Shown: positions 30,322-41,208, counted from the first letter of the stretch. The stretch is 64,000 nucleotides of DNA from Candidatus Cloacimonadales bacterium (GCA_963667035.1 OY762964.1:96001-160000); one strand, 5' to 3'. Numbers and translations are program-made. The notes: generated by a model not told the origin, from the letters alone.

Positions 30322-31789
30322 CAAGCATCCCCCCGAAATTTAGAATAATGGTCATAATAAGTGACTGAAAAAGTGGTAATTTAAGTATAAAAATAGTCAA
30401 GAAAAAGCTTGAAAAGAGTGAGTCCCTATTTATTGTTGTTACGCTTAAAATAAAACAAAAGGAACTCACTATATGGAACTATCAATAATAAAAAAGCATA
30501 ATCTGCAAGCTAAATTTTCAAAATTCATCAACAAAGTCACACATAGCTGTACTATCAAAGAGAAGAAATTTGTAAAAGAGCTTGTCAGTGGCATTTTGAA
30601 ATCCGGTAGTTGTATAATCAGAAGGATTGCAATGAGCCATGAAGTGAATATCTCATTAGAAAAGCTCTGCGAACGATATCGTCGTCATTTATCAAAACCT
30701 GAGTTGTACAAAAATCTATCAAATATTCATCTGATTTGTGAAAGCAAGAAGATAGCATCTTATGACCTGATAGTCATTGATCCCAGCGACATAATGAAAA
30801 GCCATTCAAAGAAGATGGAAGGATTAACCAGAGTTAGAGACGGCAGTACAGGCGAGTGGTGTAACGGTTATGAAGTATTAGATATAATCAGAGTATCAAA
30901 AGAAGGTCATTCGCTTGAGATACGTCCTCTTGTGTCTGAATTGCATACTAACGACGAAGATCCGGGCATACTGAAACAGTCTGTGTTTGATCGGATCAAT
31001 GATATTCAGGTGTATTCAGGAAATAAAGGGATATATGTAATGGATAGAGGTTATGATGATAAGGTAGTAATCAACTATTTAACAGAGAATGAGGCTTCAT
31101 ATATCATTCGCGTCAAAGGTAATCGTAACCTTTATGTAAATGGTAAGGAAATATCATTTAAGAAAGCTACTAAACATGTGAAATTGAAGTATAGAATCCA
31201 ATCCGGTAATGCAACTCTTATCGCCGGAGTAATCAGAGTTGGAGTGCCAGTTGATGCTCATCACAAGAAAAAGGCAACACTTGTTTATTCTAACCTTGTC
31301 GTTGCCCGTTATATTAAGAAAGACGAATCAGGAAAAGATTGCCTCAAAGGTTTTTTCTATTTGAACTGTGATTTTCCAAATCGAGACCTTAGTGATTTGG
31401 AGTTGATAACAACTGCAATAAGAGGGTATCGTCTCCGCTGGAAAGTAGAAGAAGTACACCGTCATGTGAAGCAGGAGTATTCGTGGGAAGATATGCAGGT
31501 TATGACATTGGACAGGTTAAGAAATCTGAACTGCATGTTATTATTGGCAGTCAGTTATCTTTATTCTTTGGATAAGTATCGATACGACTTTGCGGAAATG
31601 TATCAACACATTATGCTTAGTAAAAAGAGTAATCTAAAGGAATTATGTAAGTTTATCTACTACAGACTATCGGTTGTTGTTAAAAATCTATTCAGAGATT
31701 GGAAGCATTACTTTGTTCCAAAGTATCAAGGTTGTCATGCAGAATGGGAGCAGATGACATGCTTATGATAAAAAACGGGGGGATGCCAG
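30322..31789 (+). mobile_element. Intact IS4-family insertion sequence (1468 bp)
   Basis: Terminal IRs CAAGCATCCCCCCG / CGGGGGGATGCCAG; 11-bp target duplication GTTAGGATTTT at 30311-30321 and 31790-31800. Confidence 0.95.
30473..31768 (+). CDS. IS4-family DDE transposase
   Basis: VIDPSD, VMDRGYD, YIIRVK and the YREK-type motif YRLRWKVEEVHRHVKQ. Confidence 0.9.
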   Translation: MELSIIKKHNLQAKFSKFINKVTHSCTIKEKKFVKELVSGILKSGSCIIRRIAMSHEVNISLEKLCERYRRHLSKPELYKNLSNIHLICESKKIASYDLIVIDPSDIMKSHSKKMEGLTRVRDGSTGEWCNGYEVLDIIRVSKEGHSLEIRPLVSELHTNDEDPGILKQSVFDRINDIQVYSGNKGIYVMDRGYDDKVVINYLTENEASYIIRVKGNRNLYVNGKEISFKKATKHVKLKYRIQSGNATLIAGVIRVGVPVDAHHKKKATLVYSNLVVARYIKKDESGKDCLKGFFYLNCDFPNRDLSDLELITTAIRGYRLRWKVEEVHRHVKQEYSWEDMQVMTLDRLRNLNCMLLLAVSYLYSLDKYRYDFAEMYQHIMLSKKSNLKELCKFIYYRLSVVVKNLFRDWKHYFVPKYQGCHAEWEQMTCL

Positions 31790-31852
31790 GTTAGGATTTT
31801 TCGTTGACATTATTCATATATTAGCTATTTGATGATTATCTTGAGATGAGGA

Positions 31853-32473
31853 GTGTACTTGTTTAAATTTCTAAAAAAGAAAAAAGAAACAGAGTTTAAT
31901 CCGTCAATTGCAATAAAACTTCTAGCTGAACTAACAGAACTTTTAAAAGAAATACAGATAAACAGTTGGCTAACAGATGGAACTCTGCTGGGTTGGTATA
32001 GAGAACAGAATTTTATTGGGCATGATAAAGATATGGATATTGGAGTTCATATATCAGAGTATAAAGAATCTCTTATCCCACACTTAACAAAAAACAACTG
32101 GGAAGTCATTCGAGTATTAGGAACAATTCAACAAGGATTGGAGCTATCCCTAAAAAAAAATGGTCATAAGATTGATATTTTCTTTTTCTACGAAGATGGT
32201 AATCAAGTTTGGCATGCAGCTTGGCAAGGTCAAAAGATTGACGGAAAACGCTATAGAAGAATGATAAAGTACAGTTATGAAAAGTTTAATTTAAAAGAAA
32301 TTGAATTTCTGAATCACACCTTTTCAGCTCCAGATAATCCGGAGAAATACATCATAACTAAATATGGTGAAAATTGGCGGACTCCTATCAAGAATTGGGA
32401 TTGGGCATTGGGTCCGGCTAATTCAGAATTAACTGATATTATTGTGTCAGAGGTTAAACGCAAAAAATTATGA
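31853..32473 (+). CDS. LicD/fukutin-family phosphotransferase
   Basis: WLTDGTLLGWYRE..FIGHDKDMDIG; P.NPEKYI..KYGENWRTP. Confidence 0.85.
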   Translation: MYLFKFLKKKKETEFNPSIAIKLLAELTELLKEIQINSWLTDGTLLGWYREQNFIGHDKDMDIGVHISEYKESLIPHLTKNNWEVIRVLGTIQQGLELSLKKNGHKIDIFFFYEDGNQVWHAAWQGQKIDGKRYRRMIKYSYEKFNLKEIEFLNHTFSAPDNPEKYIITKYGENWRTPIKNWDWALGPANSELTDIIVSEVKRKKL

Positions 32474-32871
32474 AGAGAGTAATAACTTACGGTACATTTG
32501 ACTTATTCCATTATGGACATCTCAGACTCTTAAGAAGAGCCAAATCTCTAGGAGATTATCTTATTGTAGCTGTCTCAACCGATGAGTTCAATACTTTAAA
32601 AGAGAAAAAATGTACATATCCGTGCTTTGAAAGAATGGAGATTGTAAAAGCAATTGAGTTTGTTGATGAAGTTATTCCTGAAGATAGTTGGGATCAGAAG
32701 ATTTCAGATATCCAAAAACACAATATTGATATATTTGTTATGGGTGATGACTGGAAGGGTAAGTTCGATGAACTGAAGGAGTATTGCGAAGTAGTCTATC
32801 TAGAGCGTACTCCCGATATATCAACAACTCAAATTAAAACCAATATTAAGGAAAATCCTATTAATGAATAA
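32470..32871 (+). CDS. tagD: Glycerol-3-phosphate cytidylyltransferase
   Basis: VITYGTFDLFHYGHLRLL, MGDDWKGKFD, RTPDISTTQIK. Confidence 0.92.
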   Translation: MKRVITYGTFDLFHYGHLRLLRRAKSLGDYLIVAVSTDEFNTLKEKKCTYPCFERMEIVKAIEFVDEVIPEDSWDQKISDIQKHNIDIFVMGDDWKGKFDELKEYCEVVYLERTPDISTTQIKTNIKENPINE

Positions 32872-33586
32872 AACGATTTGGATGTATTGGGAAGACCCTA
32901 AACATGGAGTTAAACCACCTTATATTGATTTATGTATGGAAACAATTGAAAGAAATAAAGGTGATTACAAGATTGTTATAGTTACCCCAAACAATGTACG
33001 AGATTTTCTTCCTGACATAACACCAAGAGTTTTTAAAATCAAGAAAATTGCTCATAGAGCAGATTATATACGAGGTCATTTATTACTTAAATACGGTGGA
33101 GTTTGGCTTGATAGCGATGTTATATTACTCAAAACATTGAATCTAGACGACTGTTTTAAAGACCATGACTTTGTTGGATATGGTAAAGATATTGGAGAAC
33201 CATCCATTAACTTCTTCGGTGCAAAAGCCGGATGCCCTCTTGTTGAGAAATGGGTTTCCGGAATGGATAAGAAAATGAAGAGTTTTATTCCTAAGTATAA
33301 GTTCAAATGGACCGAACTTGGATATTCTATCTTATGGACTTACTCTAAGAGCTATGACTATTACCATATTGATTATAATTTAATCGCTCCTGTCGCATGG
33401 CAGGATTGGGAATTGTTCTTCGATAATAAAACTAAACTTAATAATATTATTACAAATAAAACTATATCTATGATGCTCTTCAACAAGAATATGTTTCAAA
33501 AACTGGAAAGAATTAGTAAAAAAGAAATACTTAGTGCAGATAACCTTCTTGGAGAAGTGTTCAGATATGCCCTAAAAGAGGTCTAG
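32864..33586 (+). CDS. Capsular polysaccharide synthesis protein (GT32-like)
   Basis: IWMYW, ADYIRxxLLxKYGGVWLDSD. Confidence 0.8.
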   Translation: MNKTIWMYWEDPKHGVKPPYIDLCMETIERNKGDYKIVIVTPNNVRDFLPDITPRVFKIKKIAHRADYIRGHLLLKYGGVWLDSDVILLKTLNLDDCFKDHDFVGYGKDIGEPSINFFGAKAGCPLVEKWVSGMDKKMKSFIPKYKFKWTELGYSILWTYSKSYDYYHIDYNLIAPVAWQDWELFFDNKTKLNNIITNKTISMMLFNKNMFQKLERISKKEILSADNLLGEVFRYALKEV

Positions 33587-33587
33587 T

Positions 33588-34436
33588 TTGAAGAAAATCT
33601 CTGTTGTTATTTCTGTCTATAACCGTTCTGACCTATTGTATAAATGTTTAACATCCATAAACAATCAAACTCTCATTCCGTATGAAGTAGTGCTATCAGA
33701 TGACGGTTCACAAGAAGACATTACAGCTTTTATTACTAAACATAAAGACGAGTTTTCTTTCCCTATAGTTTATTGTGAACAAGATGATGCAGGTTTCCGA
33801 CTTGCAAGATGTAAAAATAATGGGATTAAAGAAGCTAGTGGTGACATTTTAGTATTCCTAGATCAAGATATTGTTACGACCAAAACCTATATTGAAACCA
33901 TTTCACAAAATATCCGAGAAAGTCGTTTTATAGTAAGTCTTCCAGCAAGAACAACCGAAGAACAAGCTATCTTAATTGACACTGAGTGCATAGTTGATTC
34001 ATCGTACTTATCAGTTATTACTCCCGCCCAGATTAAGCATATCAGAAAACAATATTGGAAAGAGAAGCTATATTACCATCTTAACTTACTTAGGTTGAGA
34101 AAGACAGGGATAAAACTTAGAGGTGGTGTATTCTCAATTTATAAGAAGGATTTAGTCAGTGTAAATGGGTTTGACGAGAACTTTGTTAGATGGGGTAATG
34201 AGGATGACGATTTAGGGAGAAGACTCAATAATCATGGAATCGTAGGAATGAATCCATTTAAGAAAGACTTCACAGTCCATCTCTATCATAAACAGAATAA
34301 TGATGGGAACTCCAGAGAGAATAAAGATTACTTTAAAAAATTAAAAGCCAAATATAAAATGGGTTATTACTTCTGTGAATTTGGTATAAATAACTCTAAG
34401 GATACTGACCCTATAAGAGTTAAGAGATTCAATTAA
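33588..34436 (+). CDS. GT2 glycosyltransferase
   Basis: SDDGS, GFRLARCKNNG, FLDQD, VNGFDENFVRWGNEDDDLGRRL. Confidence 0.9.
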   Translation: MKKISVVISVYNRSDLLYKCLTSINNQTLIPYEVVLSDDGSQEDITAFITKHKDEFSFPIVYCEQDDAGFRLARCKNNGIKEASGDILVFLDQDIVTTKTYIETISQNIRESRFIVSLPARTTEEQAILIDTECIVDSSYLSVITPAQIKHIRKQYWKEKLYYHLNLLRLRKTGIKLRGGVFSIYKKDLVSVNGFDENFVRWGNEDDDLGRRLNNHGIVGMNPFKKDFTVHLYHKQNNDGNSRENKDYFKKLKAKYKMGYYFCEFGINNSKDTDPIRVKRFN

Positions 34437-35458
34437 ACCGATAGTTTTTGCCTTATACTGCTAAATACCTTATCCGGCTTTATGAATTTCATGCAGTTAT
34501 GATGTCCTAAAGGGCACTTCTTGTGACCATGCATACCGCAAGGTCTGCAATCCAAATCAACTTCAAAAAGAATATCATTATCTCCATAGGGATAATAACC
34601 GTATCTCTTCACCGTTGGACCAAAGAAAGCAAACACAGGTATCTTAACGGCATTGCCTATGTGCAATGCTCCGCTATCATTACAGATTAACGCTCTACAC
34701 TTTGAAAGTAAAGCTGCAGATTCCGTTATAGATAGCTCTCCACAACTGTTAATTGCTGTGATTCCCGCTTCAGAGATGATTCTATCTGCCAGTTCTTTCT
34801 CAGCCTTGCTTCCAATGAATACTAGCCTATAACCATCAGCATTAAGTAATTCAACAAGTCTGACGTAATATTCTTCCGGCCATCTTTTAGTAGCCCATAC
34901 CGAGCCGGGAGCTATTGCAATCGAATTCTCGGATTCTATATATTTCTCTGCCTTATTCTCTTCTTCCTGAGTAAAATAAAGCTCAGAATGCCAATCTGGT
35001 TTTTGGTCTGTGAAATTGCTTAACAATCCCAGATTCTTCTCAGCTTTATGAACATTCCGGGGATGCTTGAAATTCTTTGTCAGCAAATGCTTTCTATAAT
35101 CCTGATTAAAACCGTAGCGTTCTTTAACGCCTGCAAGGAAGAGTAAAAGCAAAGTTCTGAGAGACCGATGCGGAGTTAAAGCTAAGTCATAGTTTGATTT
35201 GCTTAACTTGAATAGTGTAGAAACAAATCCCTTTAGATTGAAACCGGACTTATCCAAGCAAATTATCTCATTGATGTAAGGATTATGCTTAAGCACAGAT
35301 TTATTGCTTGATTGAACCAGCACATCTATTACTGCTTCCGGGAAAAGCTTTTTAGTCTCCCTGATTAGAGGTGTGATTAAGATTACATCACCAATAAAAG
35401 CTGTCTGGACTATCAATATTCTTTTATAATTCACCGACAATTTCCTTGTATAACTCAA
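34433..35458 (-). CDS. waaF: LPS heptosyltransferase II-like GT9
   Basis: QTAFIGDVIL, APGSVWATKRWP, NDSGALHI, FGPT, CRPCGxHGxxKCPLGHHNCM; start codon uncertain. Confidence 0.75.
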   Translation of the reverse strand: MSYTRKLSVNYKRILIVQTAFIGDVILITPLIRETKKLFPEAVIDVLVQSSNKSVLKHNPYINEIICLDKSGFNLKGFVSTLFKLSKSNYDLALTPHRSLRTLLLLFLAGVKERYGFNQDYRKHLLTKNFKHPRNVHKAEKNLGLLSNFTDQKPDWHSELYFTQEEENKAEKYIESENSIAIAPGSVWATKRWPEEYYVRLVELLNADGYRLVFIGSKAEKELADRIISEAGITAINSCGELSITESAALLSKCRALICNDSGALHIGNAVKIPVFAFFGPTVKRYGYYPYGDNDILFEVDLDCRPCGMHGHKKCPLGHHNCMKFIKPDKVFSSIRQKLSV

Positions 35459-36509
35459 TATGCTTATCTATATTCACAGAGATATCAAAATCATGTACTG
35501 ATTTCTTAGCATTCTTACCTAGTTTCTTTCTCAGTTCTTTATCCTCGACTAACTCCATAATGGCTTTTGCTAAGGCATAATGATCTTTCTTAGGTACCAG
35601 CAATCCATTCTCTCTATTAGTAATCATTTCAGGAATCCCACCGGCATTGGTACAAACACATGCTATACCGCAATTCAAGGCATCAATTACACTAGTACCA
35701 AGTCCTTCCAGCTTAGATGACAGCACAAATATATCAAAAGCATTCAGATAGTCATATACATTAGGTTTATACCCCAATAAGATAAATCTATCCTCAACAT
35801 CATGCTTTTTAATGAGTCTGTTTATCTCGTCAGTAAGTTTTCCGTCTCCTACCGAAACAAATAAAACTTCCGGATGCTTATTCAGAACCAGTTTAGCTGC
35901 ATTTATCAAAGTTGGATAATCTTTATGCCCAGTATGAGCGGCAACTGTACCGATTAACAAAGAATGATTAGGAATTGTCTCATCGATTATCTTAAAATTT
36001 GGATTAATACTATCAATCTTCTTTAAATCAATAGCACTTCTTATTACACTTAGCTTGTCAGTGGGAATACCACCGTCTTTTACAACATGATATATGTTAT
36101 CGGAAATACAGATTAATCTTTTCAAGAAGATATTATTATATTTTAGTCTGCTAAAGAAGTTACCCCTAATCGGGAAATCAACTCTTCTTGAAGCAACCAC
36201 AGGTATACCTGAAAACATTGAACACATTAATCCTATACTTAAGGCATGTGAGTTGTGACAATGAATAAGAGAAGCTTTGACTTTCTTAGAGTAAACAGCT
36301 ATTCTAACAGCAGAAAGGATATCGCCTTCAGATTTCAATGAAAATAGCTTATACGGTATATTATTGTTTTCTGCGTACTCATGTAATTTTGAGTTTTTTC
36401 TGCAGATTAAAGTTACATCAATCCCTTTTTCAATAAGCCCAAGAATAAGATAGACAGCTTGTTGCTGTCCTCCTCTCCATTCTGTCTCAGTATCAATGTG
36501 AATTATCAT
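35424..36509 (-). CDS. GT4 glycosyltransferase
   Basis: WRGGQQQ, SRRVDFP, DIFVLSSKLEGLGTSVIDA. Confidence 0.9.
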   Translation of the reverse strand: MIIHIDTETEWRGGQQQAVYLILGLIEKGIDVTLICRKNSKLHEYAENNNIPYKLFSLKSEGDILSAVRIAVYSKKVKASLIHCHNSHALSIGLMCSMFSGIPVVASRRVDFPIRGNFFSRLKYNNIFLKRLICISDNIYHVVKDGGIPTDKLSVIRSAIDLKKIDSINPNFKIIDETIPNHSLLIGTVAAHTGHKDYPTLINAAKLVLNKHPEVLFVSVGDGKLTDEINRLIKKHDVEDRFILLGYKPNVYDYLNAFDIFVLSSKLEGLGTSVIDALNCGIACVCTNAGGIPEMITNRENGLLVPKKDHYALAKAIMELVEDKELRKKLGKNAKKSVHDFDISVNIDKHIELYKEIVGEL

Positions 36510-37252
36510 TTTCTATTTAGTTCCCACAGCTTAACATATTTCCAGAAATGTCCCATAGAAGAATTTACACACAGGATAAAGCCTTCTTTACCATCTAATA
36601 ATCCTGCTTTAAAAAAATACATGGATATGAATTTCCAGACACTTCTGCAATACGCCCCAATCAAGCTACATTTCTTATTCTTATTGTGTAGTCTTTTGCT
36701 ACTTAAAGATGAATAGAATTTCATCTTTTCAATATGGCTATCAATAGTCGGATAAGTATAATGCAAAAGTACATTGTTAATATGACCGATTTCACCTTCA
36801 ATATGAACGGATTCATGAACGGATTTATCATTGAATCTACCTTTGTCTTTTCTAAAAAGTCTTAAGGTATAATCCCCACCCCATCCACAGTGCTTAATCT
36901 GTCTGCCAAGATAAAAGGAACGCCTAAGTATTCTATATCCGTTCAAACTGCCGGTATCATCAATAATTGCTTTAATCTTGCTTGCTAAATCAGGAGTAAC
37001 AACTTCATCCGCATCAATAGAGAGAATCCATTCGTTACTGCATAAATCTACGGCTTTCTGTTTACATTTGCCAAATCCAAGCCACTCGCTCTCGTAAAGC
37101 TTACAGCCGAATTCTGTGGCTATAATCTTGCTATTGTCGGTCGAGCCTGTATCAAGAACTACAATCTCATCCACCCATCGCAATGAGTTGAGCATTCGAG
37201 GAAGATTAGCTTCCTCATTCTTTATGATAACAGAAACACTTAGTTTAGCCAT
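36506..37252 (-). CDS. GT2 glycosyltransferase (LPS core WaaE/KdtX-like)
   Basis: NEEANL, DTGSTD, WILSIDADE, VHES, GLLDGKEG. Confidence 0.85.
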   Translation of the reverse strand: MAKLSVSVIIKNEEANLPRMLNSLRWVDEIVVLDTGSTDNSKIIATEFGCKLYESEWLGFGKCKQKAVDLCSNEWILSIDADEVVTPDLASKIKAIIDDTGSLNGYRILRRSFYLGRQIKHCGWGGDYTLRLFRKDKGRFNDKSVHESVHIEGEIGHINNVLLHYTYPTIDSHIEKMKFYSSLSSKRLHNKNKKCSLIGAYCRSVWKFISMYFFKAGLLDGKEGFILCVNSSMGHFWKYVKLWELNRK

Positions 37253-37254
37253 TA

Positions 37255-38202
37255 TTAGTACTTTTTCAGAAGATTATAGTTTCTGAAACCGCCTATCTGC
37301 TTACCACTGTTAAAAATCTCTTCTATAGTACTCAAAGCTCTATATCTGAATTGTTCATGCTTGTGTAATTCTCTATACGGGTTCGGTTTACCTTCGGCTT
37401 GAAGTTTATCTGCCCAATTGAATTCACTAATCATCTTCTCCATGACTTTTGGGTGAGTGCCATGAAAAACTCCAAGTCTATCCAATGGACCATAATCAAA
37501 TTCTTTAGGAGCTTTATCATAATAATCGCTGGCTTTTTTCTTACCCCAGTGAACTGAATCGAGAGCTTTACGCTTATTTTGCATTAAATGCGGAGGTCTT
37601 ACCCAACCGTAATGGTATATTTCTGCATCCACGTTAGCAACACTAATCTTATGTGTACCTTCCGGTTGTCTGGGATTATCATAATAATCATAACGTCTGA
37701 AGGACTGAGCGGATTGCCATGAATAAATATCCGGTTTGTTTTTAATTATCCTGATTTCGTGAGGATACCAACCATGACCTACATGGTAATGATTATAGTC
37801 TCCCCAGAAATGCTTGTATCTAAAGAGTAATCCATCTACTTCGTCCACATTAAGAAGCTCTTCGCAACGCTTTTTTATCACCGGAAGATATTTCTCATGT
37901 ACAACTTCATCTGCTTGCACGTAGAATAACCAATCTCCGCTACATTGCTCCTTTGCAATGTTGGTTTGCATCCCGTTGATGACACCCTTTTTAAAAAACT
38001 CTTCTTCCCAGATTGTATCAATAATCTTTATCTTAGGATCACCAATAGCTTCTATCTGCTCTCTGGTTGTATCATCATCATCGCCTTTACCAACTGCAAT
38101 CACAAATTCATCACATATAGGGAGAATGGATTTAATTGATTCAATGACTGGATAATACAATTTAATTCCGTTTCTGACAAAACTGAATCCGCTTATACGC
38201 AT
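37255..38202 (-). CDS. GT2 glycosyltransferase
   Basis: ISGFSFVRNG, WLFYVQADEVVHE, YHYGWVRPP. Confidence 0.85.
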   Translation of the reverse strand: MRISGFSFVRNGIKLYYPVIESIKSILPICDEFVIAVGKGDDDDTTREQIEAIGDPKIKIIDTIWEEEFFKKGVINGMQTNIAKEQCSGDWLFYVQADEVVHEKYLPVIKKRCEELLNVDEVDGLLFRYKHFWGDYNHYHVGHGWYPHEIRIIKNKPDIYSWQSAQSFRRYDYYDNPRQPEGTHKISVANVDAEIYHYGWVRPPHLMQNKRKALDSVHWGKKKASDYYDKAPKEFDYGPLDRLGVFHGTHPKVMEKMISEFNWADKLQAEGKPNPYRELHKHEQFRYRALSTIEEIFNSGKQIGGFRNYNLLKKY

Positions 38203-38330
38203 AACAATGTTGCTCCTATTAATAATCTCAACACTAAAATCATCAATAAGCTTATTGTAAAGGAATATTTAAGTATAGAATGCCTATATTAACAACATCC
38301 AAGTTAATTGTGGGCTTGTTTAGCTAATAT

Positions 38331-39395
38331 CTATAACCATTTATTCTTTTTAAAGATTCTCATCATCAACAAAGCAATAATCACGATAAGAACCCACCAT
38401 ATAGGATAAGCATACTTGAAATGTAACTCAGGCATAAACTCAAAGTTCATACCATAGATCCCGGCGATAAATGTTAAAGGTATAAAGATAGCGGCAAAGA
38501 TAGTGAGAAGTTTCATTATACCGTTCATTCTGTGACTCATCATCGATAAATACAATTCTAACAGATTAGCTGTTGCATCTCTGATTATTTCTACTGTATC
38601 AATAACTTGACTTACATGGTCAAACAAATCTCTGAAGTATACTTCCGTGGATGTATTCAACATATTGATGTCCATTCTCTGCAAAGTCTTCATAGCTTGC
38701 TGCAATGGTAAAATGCTCTTTCTAACGAGCATCATCTCTTTACGAAGTCTATAGATATCCTCAAGGGTCGTTCTATCAGGATTTTCTAACACCGATTCTT
38801 CCAAAACCTCAATTTCATCTCCAATGTTTTCAAGCACGAGATAGTAGTTATCAATTATAATATCCAACAGTAGATACAATAGGTAATCAGAGGTTTCTTT
38901 TCTAACCCTTCCATGTCCGTTTCTCAAACGTTCTCTTACTGCTTCGAACACATCACCCTTTCTCTCTTGAAAAGAAATAAGGGAGTTCTTAGCAAGATAA
39001 AAGCTAATCTGCTCAGCATCCACACTAGTTCGTTTCTCATCGAAAGTAAGCATTTTTAAGATTATCAAAACACCGTTATCGAATACTTCAATCTTTGGTC
39101 TTTGATCAGTGTTAACAATATCTTCCAATGCCATAGTATGTATAGAGAAATGATGTCCTATCTCTGTAATAATCTCAGTGTTTTGAAGACCATCAATATT
39201 CAGCCAGTTTACCTTATCGGATTCTATCTTCTTAACTGCTTCTTTGATGGTAGGAAATCTATCTTCCAGAATATTACTCTCATCATAAGAGAACATTCTG
39301 ATTAAAGTAGGTTCTTTTCTCTCTCTTCCTATATAAACAATACTTCCGGGTGGTAAACCCTTCTTCTTCCCTGATTTTCTTACATATTTGGACAT
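38331..39395 (-). CDS. corA: Magnesium/cobalt transporter CorA
   Basis: GLPPGS N-terminus, QRPKIE, YGMNF signature, MPEL. Confidence 0.95.
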   Translation of the reverse strand: MSKYVRKSGKKKGLPPGSIVYIGRERKEPTLIRMFSYDESNILEDRFPTIKEAVKKIESDKVNWLNIDGLQNTEIITEIGHHFSIHTMALEDIVNTDQRPKIEVFDNGVLIILKMLTFDEKRTSVDAEQISFYLAKNSLISFQERKGDVFEAVRERLRNGHGRVRKETSDYLLYLLLDIIIDNYYLVLENIGDEIEVLEESVLENPDRTTLEDIYRLRKEMMLVRKSILPLQQAMKTLQRMDINMLNTSTEVYFRDLFDHVSQVIDTVEIIRDATANLLELYLSMMSHRMNGIMKLLTIFAAIFIPLTFIAGIYGMNFEFMPELHFKYAYPIWWVLIVIIALLMMRIFKKNKWL

Positions 39396-39417
39396 AGTAT
39401 CCTCTTCTTCGGCTTAA

Positions 39418-41208
39418 CTAGTCAAACATTATACCAACCCCGACTACACCTATACCGCTATGACCTCCAACTACGGGGGAAATCGGCATTATATATTCGG
39501 GTCTTCTACCTGTGATAGTTGTTAGTCGTTCCGCATATTGCTGAGCCCTTTTTGGATTATCGGCATGGACTATGCAGTATTTCCATAGTTTACGCTCTTT
39601 TAGTCCTTTTCTTATAAGCTCAACCGTTCTATTCATATTTCCGGCTCTACTGAAACTATTACCTAATGTTTTAGGTTCACCCGTACCATCCATTAATACA
39701 ATCGGCTTTATGTTTAGCAAAGATCCGATAAATCCTTTAAAAGGTTTAATTCTACCCCCTCTAATCAGATACTTCAGGGTAGCAACATCAGTGTAAAGTG
39801 TAGTATTATTTATCCATTCATTGCTCTTCTCTAATATTTCATTTATTTCCATACCTGCTTTAATCGATTCTGCAACCCTTAGAGTAACCAATCCCATGGA
39901 TGCTGAAAGGTGCTTTGAATTAATCAGATGTACATTATCCAGTGGTAAAGTATTAACTATTGTCTTAAATGTACTGTATGTCCCGCTAAGATAATCGGAA
40001 ATGGTAAGAACAATCACATCATCGTAATACTTTTGCACAAACTCCATCACATTCTTAGACATTCCGGGATTAGGTTGTGCCGTATCGGGATGATTGGCTT
40101 CCGTTCTCAACATTTTATAGAACTTCTCAGGGCTCATATTCTTTTTGTCCAGATACTGCTTAGCCCCAAAAGTTATTCCTAAAGGTAGCTGGGATATCTG
40201 ATACTCATCTATTATATGTGCAGGAAGATCGCATGTTGTATCGGTAATAATACCAATCTTGTATTTTCTCTCATGAGCAATCTCATATTGTCTGACCATA
40301 TCATCAATCTTTGAACCGCTAACATCTCCAATGCTTTGAAGTATCTCAAAGAGCTTTTGAGGTTCATTGGAATGAATGTGAAGATGAATCTTGCTCTCAT
40401 CTCCTGCAACAATCAGGCTATCACCCATATCCTGCAGTTTCTTCTTTATTTCAATTATAGATAATTTGCTATCTGTGATAATAGCTTCATTACAATATCT
40501 GTATTTTCCCGGCTTCTCGGTATGATCATCTATCTCTTCAATGTTAATAGCTTCAACACCATGCACATGATGTCCTTTTAACGAACCTTTATGTATGAAG
40601 TCTACAATGCCTTCCAAGAACTCGACAAAACCGCTTGCTCCGGCATCTACAACTCCGGCATCAGCAAGTGCTTTAAGCTTGCTAGGAGTGTCTTTCAATG
40701 AAGCTCTGGCTGTTTCAAGCGAATCAGTCAACAGGTGTAGAAAATCAGTTGTTTTATGACTTCTCTTCTCCAAATCATCCGCCCACTCTCTAATCACGGT
40801 AAGCATTGTACCTTCGCGAGGATTCATCAAAGAATCATAAAGATGCTTTACCGCTTTCTGTGCACTCTCGGCAAATTTCTTTACTGATATATCACCCTTC
40901 TTGGGAAGTTCTTTACTCAAACTGTGAATGTACTGAGCAAAAATAATTCCCGAATTTCCTCTTGCTCCCGAAAGAGCTGAATCTGAGACAGAGTTTAATG
41001 TCTTATGCAAGCTTTTCTCACTTTTACTCTTATCAAGAATCGCTTGCATAGTCATGGCCATGTTAGTACCGGTATCTGCATCAGCTACCGGGAACACGTT
41101 AATTTTATTAAGATAGTTCCGACTCTTGATAACTGCTCTACCACCGGCTATTAATCCTGCATGAAAACGTTTACCGTCTAAATACTTAATCTTCATCAAA
41201 CCTACCAA
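39418..41208 (-). CDS. DAK2-DegV fusion (fatty acid kinase FakA/FakB-like)
   Basis: INVFPVADADTGTNM, GARGNSGII, GVVDAGA; DegV part with TDTTCDLP, LSGTY, RGGRI, HSG. Confidence 0.88.
   Translation of the reverse strand: MVGLMKIKYLDGKRFHAGLIAGGRAVIKSRNYLNKINVFPVADADTGTNMAMTMQAILDKSKSEKSLHKTLNSVSDSALSGARGNSGIIFAQYIHSLSKELPKKGDISVKKFAESAQKAVKHLYDSLMNPREGTMLTVIREWADDLEKRSHKTTDFLHLLTDSLETARASLKDTPSKLKALADAGVVDAGASGFVEFLEGIVDFIHKGSLKGHHVHGVEAINIEEIDDHTEKPGKYRYCNEAIITDSKLSIIEIKKKLQDMGDSLIVAGDESKIHLHIHSNEPQKLFEILQSIGDVSGSKIDDMVRQYEIAHERKYKIGIITDTTCDLPAHIIDEYQISQLPLGITFGAKQYLDKKNMSPEKFYKMLRTEANHPDTAQPNPGMSKNVMEFVQKYYDDVIVLTISDYLSGTYSTFKTIVNTLPLDNVHLINSKHLSASMGLVTLRVAESIKAGMEINEILEKSNEWINNTTLYTDVATLKYLIRGGRIKPFKGFIGSLLNIKPIVLMDGTGEPKTLGNSFSRAGNMNRTVELIRKGLKERKLWKYCIVHADNPKRAQQYAERLTTITGRRPEYIMPISPVVGGHSGIGVVGVGIMFD

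Noticed and set aside
30146..30469. 107-aa and 66-aa (20729-20929) ORFs starting MSSFCFILS
   Set aside because: Antisense frames running out of the IS left end into different flanks; not genes
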